From: a virus
Taxonomy: Duplodnaviria > Caudoviricetes
Direction: 5' to 3' (one strand)
Length of the DNA stretch: 64,000 nt
IMG/VR virus record: IMGVR_UViG_3300020577_007013
Made by a program: the position numbers and the translations under genes. Below are positions 46,213 to 55,393 of the stretch, in pieces. Numbering within the stretch: the stretch's first letter is position 1; the number at the start of each line of letters is the position of its first letter. Below the pieces are notes generated by a model, which was given only the letters and a program-made list of their open reading frames with translations, made no database searches and was not told where the DNA came from.

Positions 46213-47623
46213 ATTTCATAAGTCTCTTCCAATTTTTGGAAGCTTTTTGTAAGCCTACACCAATAGTTAAAGCACGAACAGTGATTGTAGTGTTTGGTCT
46301 AGACTTTGCTTGAAGTTTAAGATGTTCGATAATTTCAGTCTTGAGTTTAGAAGCAACTTCAGGCATAATCTTATCTTTGAGTCTCTCGAGACGTTCAAGC
46401 ATTTCTTCACCAGTTAAGTCGAATTCTATGACCACTGATCTTGATTTTAAAGCACCTTGAGTCTTTTCATTGATAGTAGATGTTGAGAGATTGCTAATAA
46501 AGATAACTCGACCTGTGTATTCAAACTCATTAGGAACATCTTCAGGCATTCTTTCAGAATCCCAAGTGATCCAACGAGATTCTTTAGTGTCAAGAGCTGC
46601 TTTAAAAAGGTTGACTGAAGTCTTGTCATAGAAGATTGAGTCACAATCGTCATAGACGAGAATTCCTTCATTATTCTCAAACATTGCAAGATAAAGTCCT
46701 TTTGCAGTGGAGCTTCCTTTTTTGATTTTATAGTCAACTCCATGTTCTTTAAGAGTTTCTTCAACTGTATGTGATTTACCGGCACCACCAGTTCCCGTAA
46801 CGATAAGAGAGTTAATATGACCGTCGGCGATTGCTTCAGTCAATTCTACAAGATCATCAAATTTTTCATCGATTTCTTTTGCAGATCTTGCAGGTCTTCC
46901 AGAAATAGAAGCATTAACTTTATCTTGAGCTGCTGTAGGAATATCCTGATCTGCTCTCATAATATCTTTGGAATTTTTCCTAGGAATAAGAGAAAGTGCA
47001 CCAGTTGAATTTAGAATATTTTTGAAAGACGACTTGAACCTAGAAGATTTCATAGGTTCGATTTTTCCTTTCTTAGCAAATTTTACATATTCATCATAGA
47101 GATTAGGAATAAAGCTCTTATTGAGAATGAGTTTAAGAATTCTGTCTTCGTCTTCCTTAGGAATTGATTTAAGCCAAATTCCGAGCTCTTTAATTTCAGG
47201 AATTGAAGTCTTAGCCAATGGATCGTAAAGATCTTCAAGAGTAAAAGGATGGTCAGTTGCTTCATTAAGCTCATCAGTAGGGATATGTTTTCCTTTAAGA
47301 ACTTCGACAACAAGAGAAGCTATTTCAGATTCCGATTTATCTGAACAATCTACAGTGAAATGAGGTTGTGGATTAGGATTTACCCAAATATCAATTGATT
47401 GGAGAGACGCATATCCGTCTTGTTTCGAAAAATTGAAACGGATCATCTCCTCACCACTTCCTACAAGATATCGAACTCCGTAGTAGATATTAGAGGAATC
47501 GTGTTTTTTTGAGAATTCCTCAACTACCTGTGTCGATGTTAGGCTTTTGTTGAAGATTTTGTCGATTTCCAGTACCACTGACTGGATTATTTTTTGGTGG
47601 CTTTGAAGACTGAACTTTGACAT
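46202..47623 (-). CDS. AAA-type ATPase
   Basis: GTGGAGKS, VYDDCD, IFISN, ALKSR. Confidence 0.8.
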   Translation of the reverse strand: MSKFSLQSHQKIIQSVVLEIDKIFNKSLTSTQVVEEFSKKHDSSNIYYGVRYLVGSGEEMIRFNFSKQDGYASLQSIDIWVNPNPQPHFTVDCSDKSESEIASLVVEVLKGKHIPTDELNEATDHPFTLEDLYDPLAKTSIPEIKELGIWLKSIPKEDEDRILKLILNKSFIPNLYDEYVKFAKKGKIEPMKSSRFKSSFKNILNSTGALSLIPRKNSKDIMRADQDIPTAAQDKVNASISGRPARSAKEIDEKFDDLVELTEAIADGHINSLIVTGTGGAGKSHTVEETLKEHGVDYKIKKGSSTAKGLYLAMFENNEGILVYDDCDSIFYDKTSVNLFKAALDTKESRWITWDSERMPEDVPNEFEYTGRVIFISNLSTSTINEKTQGALKSRSVVIEFDLTGEEMLERLERLKDKIMPEVASKLKTEIIEHLKLQAKSRPNTTITVRALTIGVGLQKASKNWKRLMKYVN

Positions 47624-48572
47624 TGGTTTCCTTGTTTGTTAGTTTAGTCGGCTCTGTCTTTTGAGCTGGCTTGAAAGGTTGAGCTTTCTGAACAGGCTTG
47701 ACTGGCTTAACTTCTTGTTGATCGATTTTTTTAGTCTTAGCGACTTGCTTTATTTTATCGAGAATTTGTGGAGCCATTTTTTCGAAGTCAGTAATAAGCC
47801 CTAAAAGGTGTTTGCATAATCCATTCTTATTTTGATGTCTAGGACCCCAAACAGGATCAGGAATATTCGTAGGATAGATAGCTGATTTGAGTCTGGAAAG
47901 TTTGTATCTCATTCCTTGGAATTGGAAGCTCATATCTGAACAATCCATTTTGATATCACAGACTTTGAGAATGTCTAAAAAATCCTTGACAGTCATTTCT
48001 CCCCAAGGTTTATCTTTCCATTTATCAAGATCTACAAATTGAATTTGCATCATGTAAAGTGATTTGAGAATCGGTCTCCCAATTCCATTAGAGATAGAAG
48101 GAGAAGGGGCCTTAAAAGTGGGAGGAGTCAAAAGTACAAGAATATTTTTATTAAAATCGTAGTCGACAGCTTTTGCTAGTCTGACTTCTTGTCCCTTAAC
48201 AAGGTTTCTCACCACTCTATGGGTTCTTGTAGTTGATGAAGAAGCATTTTTAAAGTCTTTGATGGTAAATTCTTGTAATGGATTACTCAAGTTTCTCAAT
48301 CCAGTCAAGAAGTTTTGATACTCTTCTGTGATATCTTTGTACTCAAATTTGTTCAGCTTTACATAGTCAAGTACTTTTTTCGGTTGTCTCTTTCTAAGAA
48401 AATTCCTAATTACGTATTCATCGAAACGATTGACACCTTCGTATCTGTAGACTTTCTCATTTATTTTAAGATCCATTGTCAGATTTGGCTCAGATCTGTA
48501 TCTAACAATTCTCACATTTAATGGAGGTTGCTTACTTGCCATAGTTTTTCTTACTGACGAAATTCTCTCCAA
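47520..48572 (-). CDS. SWIM zinc-finger-like protein
   Basis: DCSDMSF...GLCKHL. Confidence 0.55.
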   Translation of the reverse strand: MERISSVRKTMASKQPPLNVRIVRYRSEPNLTMDLKINEKVYRYEGVNRFDEYVIRNFLRKRQPKKVLDYVKLNKFEYKDITEEYQNFLTGLRNLSNPLQEFTIKDFKNASSSTTRTHRVVRNLVKGQEVRLAKAVDYDFNKNILVLLTPPTFKAPSPSISNGIGRPILKSLYMMQIQFVDLDKWKDKPWGEMTVKDFLDILKVCDIKMDCSDMSFQFQGMRYKLSRLKSAIYPTNIPDPVWGPRHQNKNGLCKHLLGLITDFEKMAPQILDKIKQVAKTKKIDQQEVKPVKPVQKAQPFKPAQKTEPTKLTNKETNVKVQSSKPPKNNPVSGTGNRQNLQQKPNIDTGS

Positions 48573-48951
48573 TCAAATCTCTAAAAATGAAAATGGATCC
48601 TCTCATCAAAGTATTGTCAAATTTGACAAGCTCTACAGGAGGAGTGAGCTTAATATCTTCAGAGAATAAAGTATTTTGCATTATAAACGGAGCAAAGGAC
48701 TGAATGATAGGCTTCATTTTCTTCACTCTCTTGAACCCTGAAGTTGTCGGAGTTTTAAGTCTTTTGAAAGGAATCGGTTGAGTCTTGTTTCTCGAGTCTA
48801 CTGTGATAATGTAAATGTTCGCAGTAGAGTTTATGACTTTTTGGATAACAGCATTTTTAATTTTTGTAATCGAGAACTGTTCAGCTATCTGTTCTCCAAT
48901 GGTTTGCGTTTTCCTAGTGAGAATGGATTTCGATTCTTGTTGTTTTTCCAT
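48532..48951 (-). CDS. Hypothetical protein
   Basis: 139-aa ORF. Confidence 0.55.
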   Translation of the reverse strand: MEKQQESKSILTRKTQTIGEQIAEQFSITKIKNAVIQKVINSTANIYIITVDSRNKTQPIPFKRLKTPTTSGFKRVKKMKPIIQSFAPFIMQNTLFSEDIKLTPPVELVKFDNTLMRGSIFIFRDLIGENFVSKKNYGK

Positions 48952-49286
48952 ATTTGATCAATAAACTTTTTCGAATTCGAAACAGCTATATCTAGCTTAG
49001 TCTCTTCTTCCTTCTTCTCGTTAAGTTTAAAGAGCTCGTCGAATGTATATTTTGAGAGATCTATCTCAGGAGAGATTATGGTAAATTCCCCAGACCCGTC
49101 TATGAGAATAGTCTTAAAACTATCGAGAGCTTCAGTAAATGATTGCCTGTCTCTTATGAAATAATTGGTATAGATGAATTCCAAAAATTTCCGATACGGC
49201 ATAGAAGTGGATTCATCGAGTTCATTTGTCTGAAATTTGACCCTATCGTGAGGGGTCTGAAAAAGCATTATCCATTTATTATTCAC
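48885..49286 (-). CDS. Hypothetical protein
   Basis: 133-aa ORF. Confidence 0.6.
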   Translation of the reverse strand: MNNKWIMLFQTPHDRVKFQTNELDESTSMPYRKFLEFIYTNYFIRDRQSFTEALDSFKTILIDGSGEFTIISPEIDLSKYTFDELFKLNEKKEEETKLDIAVSNSKKFIDQIWKNNKNRNPFSLGKRKPLENR

Positions 49287-50089
49287 TTTGTTTTGAGAAT
49301 CTTATGAAGAGAGTCCATAATGGACTTATTCGGATTTGCTTGAATTTCTTTTGCCAATTGAGATTTTTTCTCATTAGAGAGTTCCCCAACTTTAGCCATA
49401 AAATATTTCTTATTAGCATCAGACATTTTTTGATACTGAGGAAGTGACTCCATTCCAGTTCCTTTAGACTGAGCTGTATCAGCAATTTTTGGTTTCTTTT
49501 CAGGAAGTCTAGGTTCTTCAGACTTAGATTTCTTTCCGATAAGCATTTTATATGCTTCGAAAGCTCTCATGTATTCTGAAGTATTTTTCTTAATGTCATA
49601 GTTGAGAAGATCTTTCAGATACTCTGCTGCGTCTTGTTTTCTTCTACGATTTCTCTCCATTGCGACGTTATAAATCTGCTGTGGAGTCTTTCTAGAAAAT
49701 TCACCGGGTTTGTAGTCGACCTCAGTCACAAGATCTTCATCTTCATCGTCCCAGTATCCTCTCTTCTTTTGTCCTAATTTTACTCCATGTAATTTTCGAA
49801 CCGCTGTACTGAGAGCATCTATTGCTGTTTTGACATTTTCTCTTTCCTGAGAACCTTCTTCAGTCTCATTTTGAATAGCAGAAGCTAAATAATTGTAAGC
49901 TTTTCTGAAGTCTCCATCATATTTATCAAGAGCTGAATGGACTATTTCTTTCGGAGTCTTCTTAGCAAATTTCGGATCTGCAAAAAATGATGAAGCTTTT
50001 TTCTGTTTAGCAGCTTTTCCTAAGCCCTTTACATCTTTGGTGAGTGCATCCCAGAGCCCTTCTTCGAAATATGATTTATACTTACCCAC
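49283..50089 (-). CDS. Probable internal head protein with an internal duplication
   Basis: KYKSYFEE N-terminus; FAKKTPKEI / FSRKTPQQI repeats. Confidence 0.6.
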   Translation of the reverse strand: MGKYKSYFEEGLWDALTKDVKGLGKAAKQKKASSFFADPKFAKKTPKEIVHSALDKYDGDFRKAYNYLASAIQNETEEGSQERENVKTAIDALSTAVRKLHGVKLGQKKRGYWDDEDEDLVTEVDYKPGEFSRKTPQQIYNVAMERNRRRKQDAAEYLKDLLNYDIKKNTSEYMRAFEAYKMLIGKKSKSEEPRLPEKKPKIADTAQSKGTGMESLPQYQKMSDANKKYFMAKVGELSNEKKSQLAKEIQANPNKSIMDSLHKILKTK

Positions 50090-50098
50090 ATTGGTTAG

Positions 50099-50521
50099 TC
50101 AGACCTGCGACTCTTCGAATTGTCGTTTTTTCTTCTCAAGATACTCTTCATCAAGTTCCATACAAGCATCGAGATCTAAAAGGTCTGCTAGATGCCTGCT
50201 AATTTCTCTTTTAAGATATTCTTCGACTACAGAGTCTTCCCTTTCATTGAGCTTTGAAAGAACATTATTAAAAGAAGGATTGGTCTCTACTTCATAGAGC
50301 CCATCTTGATACTTTGTTCCTTCATACTTAGGATCTACTTCTACAGAAAAATTGAAAAGATATGGAATGCAAATCTTCTTTTTTCCAGACCACATTTCTA
50401 AAGCTGTAGAGATAAGCAAACCTGAAAAAATACTCTTTACTGTATGTGCGTCATATCCAGAGATTGCTGAAATCTTGTCAATAAAAGACTTCTCTTCCCT
50501 AGTGAGTTTCATTTTTTTCAT
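50099..50521 (-). CDS. HU/IHF-like DNA-binding protein
   Basis: FIDKISAISGY...VKSIF...GKKKICIPYLFNFSV. Confidence 0.5.
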   Translation of the reverse strand: MKKMKLTREEKSFIDKISAISGYDAHTVKSIFSGLLISTALEMWSGKKKICIPYLFNFSVEVDPKYEGTKYQDGLYEVETNPSFNNVLSKLNEREDSVVEEYLKREISRHLADLLDLDACMELDEEYLEKKKRQFEESQV

Positions 50522-50703
50522 TGTTAACCTAACATCCTGTTCAGGACTTTGAAAGTATTTTCTTGAAGTTGAACAAGTTTGATCTTAGGATCAGTGTTCA
50601 TTTCTTGAAATTTTTCAGGAGTAATTTCCTGATCATTTACGATAATTTTCTTTGTTGGTTCTGCTTGTTGTGATTCACCTATTTCTTTTAAAAGCTCCAT
50701 TGC

Positions 50704-52653
50704 TTAGTCCTCTTTTGATTCAGATTCTTCTGATAATTTTTGCTTTCCTTCTTTTTTCCATTCCACTAAAAGTGAAACGTCGAAGTCTTGACTTCCTATA
50801 CTTGAAGAATAGAAGTGTCTACCTCTGAATGTCCCTTCTCTAAATGATTTTTTTGTCTCTTTATAAATTTCGCTTTCGACTTGTTCTTTGAGATTCATTT
50901 TCTTTTTCATCGGTCTTTTTCTAGAAGTCGATTCTTTTGCTTCTCCAGTTTCAGGAGCCGGAGTTTCCTCAGTAGGAGGCTGTTCTTCTTCACCAGTCGG
51001 TGCTGGCTCTTCATTTGATAAGAGATCTAATGGGGAAGATTCCCCACCACCTCCACCAACTTCAGGAGCAGGAGCTTCTTCAGTAGAAGCTGCTTGTTGT
51101 CCAGGAAGTTGTCCCGTCAGTTGTCCAGAAGCCATTGTTAAGTCAACCCATTTCTCTATATCAGAAGGAGGATATGGAAGAATTTTTGTATAGACTTGAG
51201 TAACAACGTCTTTGTTAAGATTTTCTCCTTGAGCGACCAACTTAGCTTGAAGTGAGTCTAAGATTGAATTTGCCAAAGTAACAAGATCTGATTGCGATCC
51301 GATGAGCTCTCTATCAGATTGACTTTCAGGATAAGGCATTGTAAGTCTAAAGTCAATATCCTTTAAAGGAAATCTTCCAGACTGAACAAGATGTATCTTG
51401 ACAAGTTGTGTAATTTGTTCAAGAAGACAAGACTGAATGTGAAAGATCTGTCTTTTAAATGGAACATATTGTTGAATAAGTGAGATACCACTATTTCCAA
51501 ATGTTCCGTTATTGGGATCCAATAAGTTTCTCGGAAGACCTGTTGAGACAACCAAAGCATTGAGTAAAAGTTCCAAGTCACCTATATCACTAAGATCAAG
51601 TTGTGGAACAATTTGCTCATAAGTAAAGAGACCATCGATAGTTATAATTCTCTCACCGACCGCTATACCTTCTTTCTTTGTTTCTCTTAATCCTGAGTTG
51701 TCAAACTCTCTAATGAACTCCAAAACTTTTTCAATCTTATCTGTAGGAGACATTACGTTAGGAAGAGAAATTTTATAAAGATCAATCGGAAATTTTGCTC
51801 CTCTACCTACTGACTGAAGAGTCATCGCAGCATCATATTGTCTGAAAGGAGCAACACTGTGAATAAAAACAGGAATTCCGAATGGGTAGAATGGAGTCTT
51901 AGAAGTAAAGTTTCTGAAGTGAAGAAATCTCCAAGGAGGAAGAACGAAGTCTCCTACTTCGAATCCGAAAAGATATGACTTAAAATAAGTAGAGTAGTCT
52001 TCCTTAAGATCATCTATACTGTTGACTAAGTGTCTTAGCTTTTCATTTTTTGAAAGCATTGAATTGAGAGCTGAATTGACTTTATTAATTTCCTTCGATA
52101 CTTGATGAGGAGTAAACTCTAGTCTTGATTTTATATCGAATACATCTACAGGAAGGACTGTATCGATTCCAGCATCATTAAGAGTAGTCACCCATCCAGC
52201 ATTTCCATATTGAATAATGTTAAGAGCTGTTGACCTCAAATATTTTTCTATTCCTGATTTAGAGATGAACTCAAGAATAAAGTCTCTTAAGAAAGGATCT
52301 TGAGCTTCGACACCGATAATTTGTGAATTTGTGTCAGCTTGAACTGTCTCATCTGCCATGAGATTCATCGCTCTCGAAAGAAATGGACTATTGTAATAGA
52401 TCATGTCCATATCCATGAAGAGTTCTTTCCTATTTTGGAAAGATTCTCTGTCATCATGACAATCAGAGATCCAGTATTTTAGAAGAGTGTCTACTTGTTT
52501 TGGAAACTGTTCTCTAACACTATTATAGAGTCCTTCTCTATCCTTAACCAACTTTGTTGGAAATGGGACTTTTTTATCCTTATCGATTCCGATTTTGAAT
52601 AATCGCCTGAAAAGCGACACTTTTTCATTGGAAATTTGATTTTCTTCAGCCAT
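50704..52653 (-). CDS. Portal protein (T4 gp20-like) with an acidic Pro-rich tail
   Basis: AMNLMADE, YGN, WRFLHFR, PFG, DIGDLE...TGLP. Confidence 0.88.
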   Translation of the reverse strand: MAEENQISNEKVSLFRRLFKIGIDKDKKVPFPTKLVKDREGLYNSVREQFPKQVDTLLKYWISDCHDDRESFQNRKELFMDMDMIYYNSPFLSRAMNLMADETVQADTNSQIIGVEAQDPFLRDFILEFISKSGIEKYLRSTALNIIQYGNAGWVTTLNDAGIDTVLPVDVFDIKSRLEFTPHQVSKEINKVNSALNSMLSKNEKLRHLVNSIDDLKEDYSTYFKSYLFGFEVGDFVLPPWRFLHFRNFTSKTPFYPFGIPVFIHSVAPFRQYDAAMTLQSVGRGAKFPIDLYKISLPNVMSPTDKIEKVLEFIREFDNSGLRETKKEGIAVGERIITIDGLFTYEQIVPQLDLSDIGDLELLLNALVVSTGLPRNLLDPNNGTFGNSGISLIQQYVPFKRQIFHIQSCLLEQITQLVKIHLVQSGRFPLKDIDFRLTMPYPESQSDRELIGSQSDLVTLANSILDSLQAKLVAQGENLNKDVVTQVYTKILPYPPSDIEKWVDLTMASGQLTGQLPGQQAASTEEAPAPEVGGGGGESSPLDLLSNEEPAPTGEEEQPPTEETPAPETGEAKESTSRKRPMKKKMNLKEQVESEIYKETKKSFREGTFRGRHFYSSSIGSQDFDVSLLVEWKKEGKQKLSEESESKED

Positions 52654-52771
52654 ATTGTAAGTTAGTCAGAATCTCGGAGAAATGAGAGTTGCAAGATAGA
52701 AAAGGTATAATAGAAAAATTGAGGTCTATGGGTTTTACCTATCGAGTTGTTCGACTCCGAAAAGAGAGCAT

Positions 52772-52796
52772 AAAAAAGCCGAGACAAGCTCGGCTT
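52772..52796 (-). terminator. Rho-independent terminator
   Basis: AAGCCGAG/CTCGGCTT stem plus T-run. Confidence 0.8.
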
Positions 52797-52801
52797 CATT
52801 T

Positions 52802-53476
52802 TTAATGAATCGGTGAACCTTGATGTTGTCTCATCAAATCATTGTATTTCATTCTCATGGATTTTTTTACGAATTTAGGAGCTCCGATAAGTTTGCAAGC
52901 TTTGGAAAGTTTGGGTTTTCTCATTGAGAGAAGAGTATCGAAAATTTGTTTTTCAGTTTCAGTTAAGAGTGAGAACCAAGATTGCATGAAGTCTCTCTGT
53001 AGTAGGTTATTGAGAATGTGATTGGAAGCTTTGAAAGCCATTTGATCAGCTTTCCTTTTCTTATTACTTTCGAAATCTTCGAGATTGTCTTGATCGGTTC
53101 TAAGAAACTCTCTCTTTTTGGCAGAGACATAAGCCCAACCATTATTATGGTTGAACTTTCCTATCTCCTGTTCCCATAACATTCGTATATTGTAGGGCTT
53201 ATTGGGATCGAGTCTCATAATGTCAAATCGATTGAGTGACTCTAATAGACAAGTCTTCACCTCACTTACACATTCATCAAATGTGAGTCTCATTGAGCTT
53301 GGAAATTTTCGTCTCAATTTATGAGCGTAATCGAATATCGCTCTCTGATATCTGTCGATAATTACGATTAAAGATTTTTGAAGTCCTCCTTGATATGTGA
53401 GAGTGAGTTCTAAGTCATCCCAATTTTCTATATTTGAGGTATCGATTGTTTGAATAGTCGGGCTTTGTTGAGTCAT
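52802..53476 (-). CDS. Sigma-70-family-like factor
   Basis: Region-2-like FDECVSE..CLLESLNRFD; region-4-like LTETEKQIF...ACKLIG. Confidence 0.6.
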   Translation of the reverse strand: MTQQSPTIQTIDTSNIENWDDLELTLTYQGGLQKSLIVIIDRYQRAIFDYAHKLRRKFPSSMRLTFDECVSEVKTCLLESLNRFDIMRLDPNKPYNIRMLWEQEIGKFNHNNGWAYVSAKKREFLRTDQDNLEDFESNKKRKADQMAFKASNHILNNLLQRDFMQSWFSLLTETEKQIFDTLLSMRKPKLSKACKLIGAPKFVKKSMRMKYNDLMRQHQGSPIH

Positions 53477-53547
53477 TTGAGTTTTCCTTTTTACAATTTA
53501 TTCTTGTATCCAACATGTATTTTGTTCTTACTTTGAAAACTGCTTTT

Positions 53548-53778
53548 TTAATTTTTGTTTCTGTTTTTCTCTGTGACGACTGTAGGAAAGATTTTTAGTT
53601 TGTCTCCGTATTTCTCCTTGATTTTATCTTCATATCTTCCGTATGAGAGAAGTGATTTGAACTTTTTGTCTTCGACCAATTTCGGACTTTGATTTTCGTC
53701 GAGATCAGTTTCGTCAAAAAGATAAGTCTCAATGAACTGCTTGTCTTTTGAGTAAGTCATTTCCTTCATGAGTTCCAT
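53548..53778 (-). CDS. Hypothetical protein
   Basis: 76 aa; AAGGAGG SD. Confidence 0.65.
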   Translation of the reverse strand: MELMKEMTYSKDKQFIETYLFDETDLDENQSPKLVEDKKFKSLLSYGRYEDKIKEKYGDKLKIFPTVVTEKNRNKN

Positions 53779-53796
53779 ATATCCTCCTTAGAAAGT

Positions 53797-53824
53797 AAAA
53801 AACCCAGAGATTTCTCTCTGGGTT
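53797..53824 (-). terminator. Rho-independent terminator
   Basis: ACCCAGAGA/TCTCTGGGT stem plus T-run. Confidence 0.8.
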
Positions 53825-53844
53825 CTGGAATGCAGGTATGTCTC

Positions 53845-54201
53845 TTAAGAAGCTTTTTTCTCGGTTGTCTCTTGATTTTTGATTTCAGCAATCTTCTTGA
53901 GAGTTGCTTCACGAACAGCTTCGGTTTTCTTGATGCGTTCTTGAAGAGCTTTCAGCTTTTCGTCTTTCTTTTCCTTGCTCAGACGCTTTTTCTCTTTCTT
54001 GAAAACCTGAGAGAAAGCTTTCTTAGCCTCTGTAGCTTCCTTACGGGCAGCTTCATAGGCAGCTTTTGCTTGTTCCTTTGTTGCTTTCGTCTTCTCCATT
54101 TTTGTGTGGAGTTGGCGAGCTTCAGGAGAAAGTGTCGAAGGATCGAAGACCTTCTTCTCCTTCTTTTTTTCTTTTTTCTCAGGCGTTTTTTCTTGGCTCA
54201 T
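53845..54201 (-). CDS. Lys/Ala/Glu-rich basic helical protein
   Basis: 118 aa; own promoter, SD and terminator. Confidence 0.8.
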   Translation of the reverse strand: MSQEKTPEKKEKKKEKKVFDPSTLSPEARQLHTKMEKTKATKEQAKAAYEAARKEATEAKKAFSQVFKKEKKRLSKEKKDEKLKALQERIKKTEAVREATLKKIAEIKNQETTEKKAS

Positions 54202-54247
54202 TTAGATCTCCTTTTTTAATTGTCTGATGTATTAACCATCTACATGT

Positions 54248-54286
54248 AATATAATCAATTCTGGCAAAATTGGACAAAAAACGTCA
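54248..54286 (-). promoter_or_regulatory. Conserved promoter TGACGTTTT-TTGTCC-N18-TATATT
   Basis: Repeated motif with fixed spacing. Confidence 0.75.
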
Positions 54287-54315
54287 CAGGTTAAGTTAAG
54301 TAAAGGGAACTCGTA

Positions 54316-54388
54316 GGATCACCCGAGACATCCAGCCGAAATGGATCTCCAGGTCATTCTGGTTATTCATTCCCTGCTGGATGTCTCG
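54316..54388. repeat. Promoter-upstream element, copy 3
   Basis: Perfect CGAGACATCCAGC/GCTGGATGTCTCG arms; TCACCCGAG and CAGCCGAAA shared with copy 1. Confidence 0.65.
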
Positions 54389-54394
54389 TGAGAG

Positions 54395-55393
54395 TTAGAC
54401 TGTCTTGATGTACTTTTCTACTCGTGAAATTAGAGAGGCTTTATTCTTCAATACTGAGGGAGTGACTTTCATCTTCATGCCGATTGTCGAAGCATACTGA
54501 GCAATTTCCTTTGCTTTCATTCCCGTTAATTCTTCTTTTGTTTTGAATTTCGAAGTTGTAGGGGTGGTTCTCTTGACTACTGAAGAGGAGATCTGCTTTT
54601 CATCTCTATAGACTCCCACAGATTTGTATTGACAGACTCTCATTTTCATGTGATTATCGTATTCAGGAACAGAGACCACATCTTTAGGGTGAACGAGAAC
54701 TTCTATATGGAGAGTTCCTGGATAAGAGAATGAATAAGAGAAAGATGCGACATGAAGACCATTCGAACAATCGACTGTTCTATCTGGATTGACTTTCTTT
54801 CTCTCCATCTTGACAATCTTTCCTTTTGAATTGTCGAAAGTTCCTGTATAGCCATCCACCCATTTGTGGTCGTAAATTTTACCAGTCTTGATCAGATCGT
54901 CAACTTCTGACTGTGACATAAAAGAATGTTTGTCATTCTTGTCTCTCAGAACTTGAACTTTCTTATATGCTAAGAAGCGACCGTCTTCTGTAATTGGATG
55001 ATGATTCTTCTCAAGAAAAGTATACAGCTCTTCAATCGAGATTTTTGAAGGATTCAATTTGAGATTGTTCCAGAAGTTGATAAGTGGTTGGAGCTTTTCA
55101 TCTTCTTTAGAGAACTCCATTATCTTAATTTCTAAAGCTCTAGGAACAGGTTTGTTCTGACCTTTAAGATAAAATTTTCCGTCTTTCTCTCTGATATGCT
55201 CAGCATATTTTTTAGCTACTTCTTTCACAGGAAAGACTAGAGAGTTCAACGGATTGAGATTCTTCTCTTTAATAAGAGAGATAAGCCCTTCATAGAGTTC
55301 ATTGTCTCTATGAATCGTTTTTACCTTAGAACCTAAGGTAAAGGTAATTCCTTCCTTAGTTATTATGTACTTGATTTTTCCTTTGTTTTGCAT
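54395..55393 (-). CDS. rIIB: rIIB-like protein
   Basis: NPS..SIEELYTFL, ITEDGRFLAYKKV, CSNGLH, VHPKDVVSVP, KMRVCQY. Confidence 0.92.
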   Translation of the reverse strand: MQNKGKIKYIITKEGITFTLGSKVKTIHRDNELYEGLISLIKEKNLNPLNSLVFPVKEVAKKYAEHIREKDGKFYLKGQNKPVPRALEIKIMEFSKEDEKLQPLINFWNNLKLNPSKISIEELYTFLEKNHHPITEDGRFLAYKKVQVLRDKNDKHSFMSQSEVDDLIKTGKIYDHKWVDGYTGTFDNSKGKIVKMERKKVNPDRTVDCSNGLHVASFSYSFSYPGTLHIEVLVHPKDVVSVPEYDNHMKMRVCQYKSVGVYRDEKQISSSVVKRTTPTTSKFKTKEELTGMKAKEIAQYASTIGMKMKVTPSVLKNKASLISRVEKYIKTV

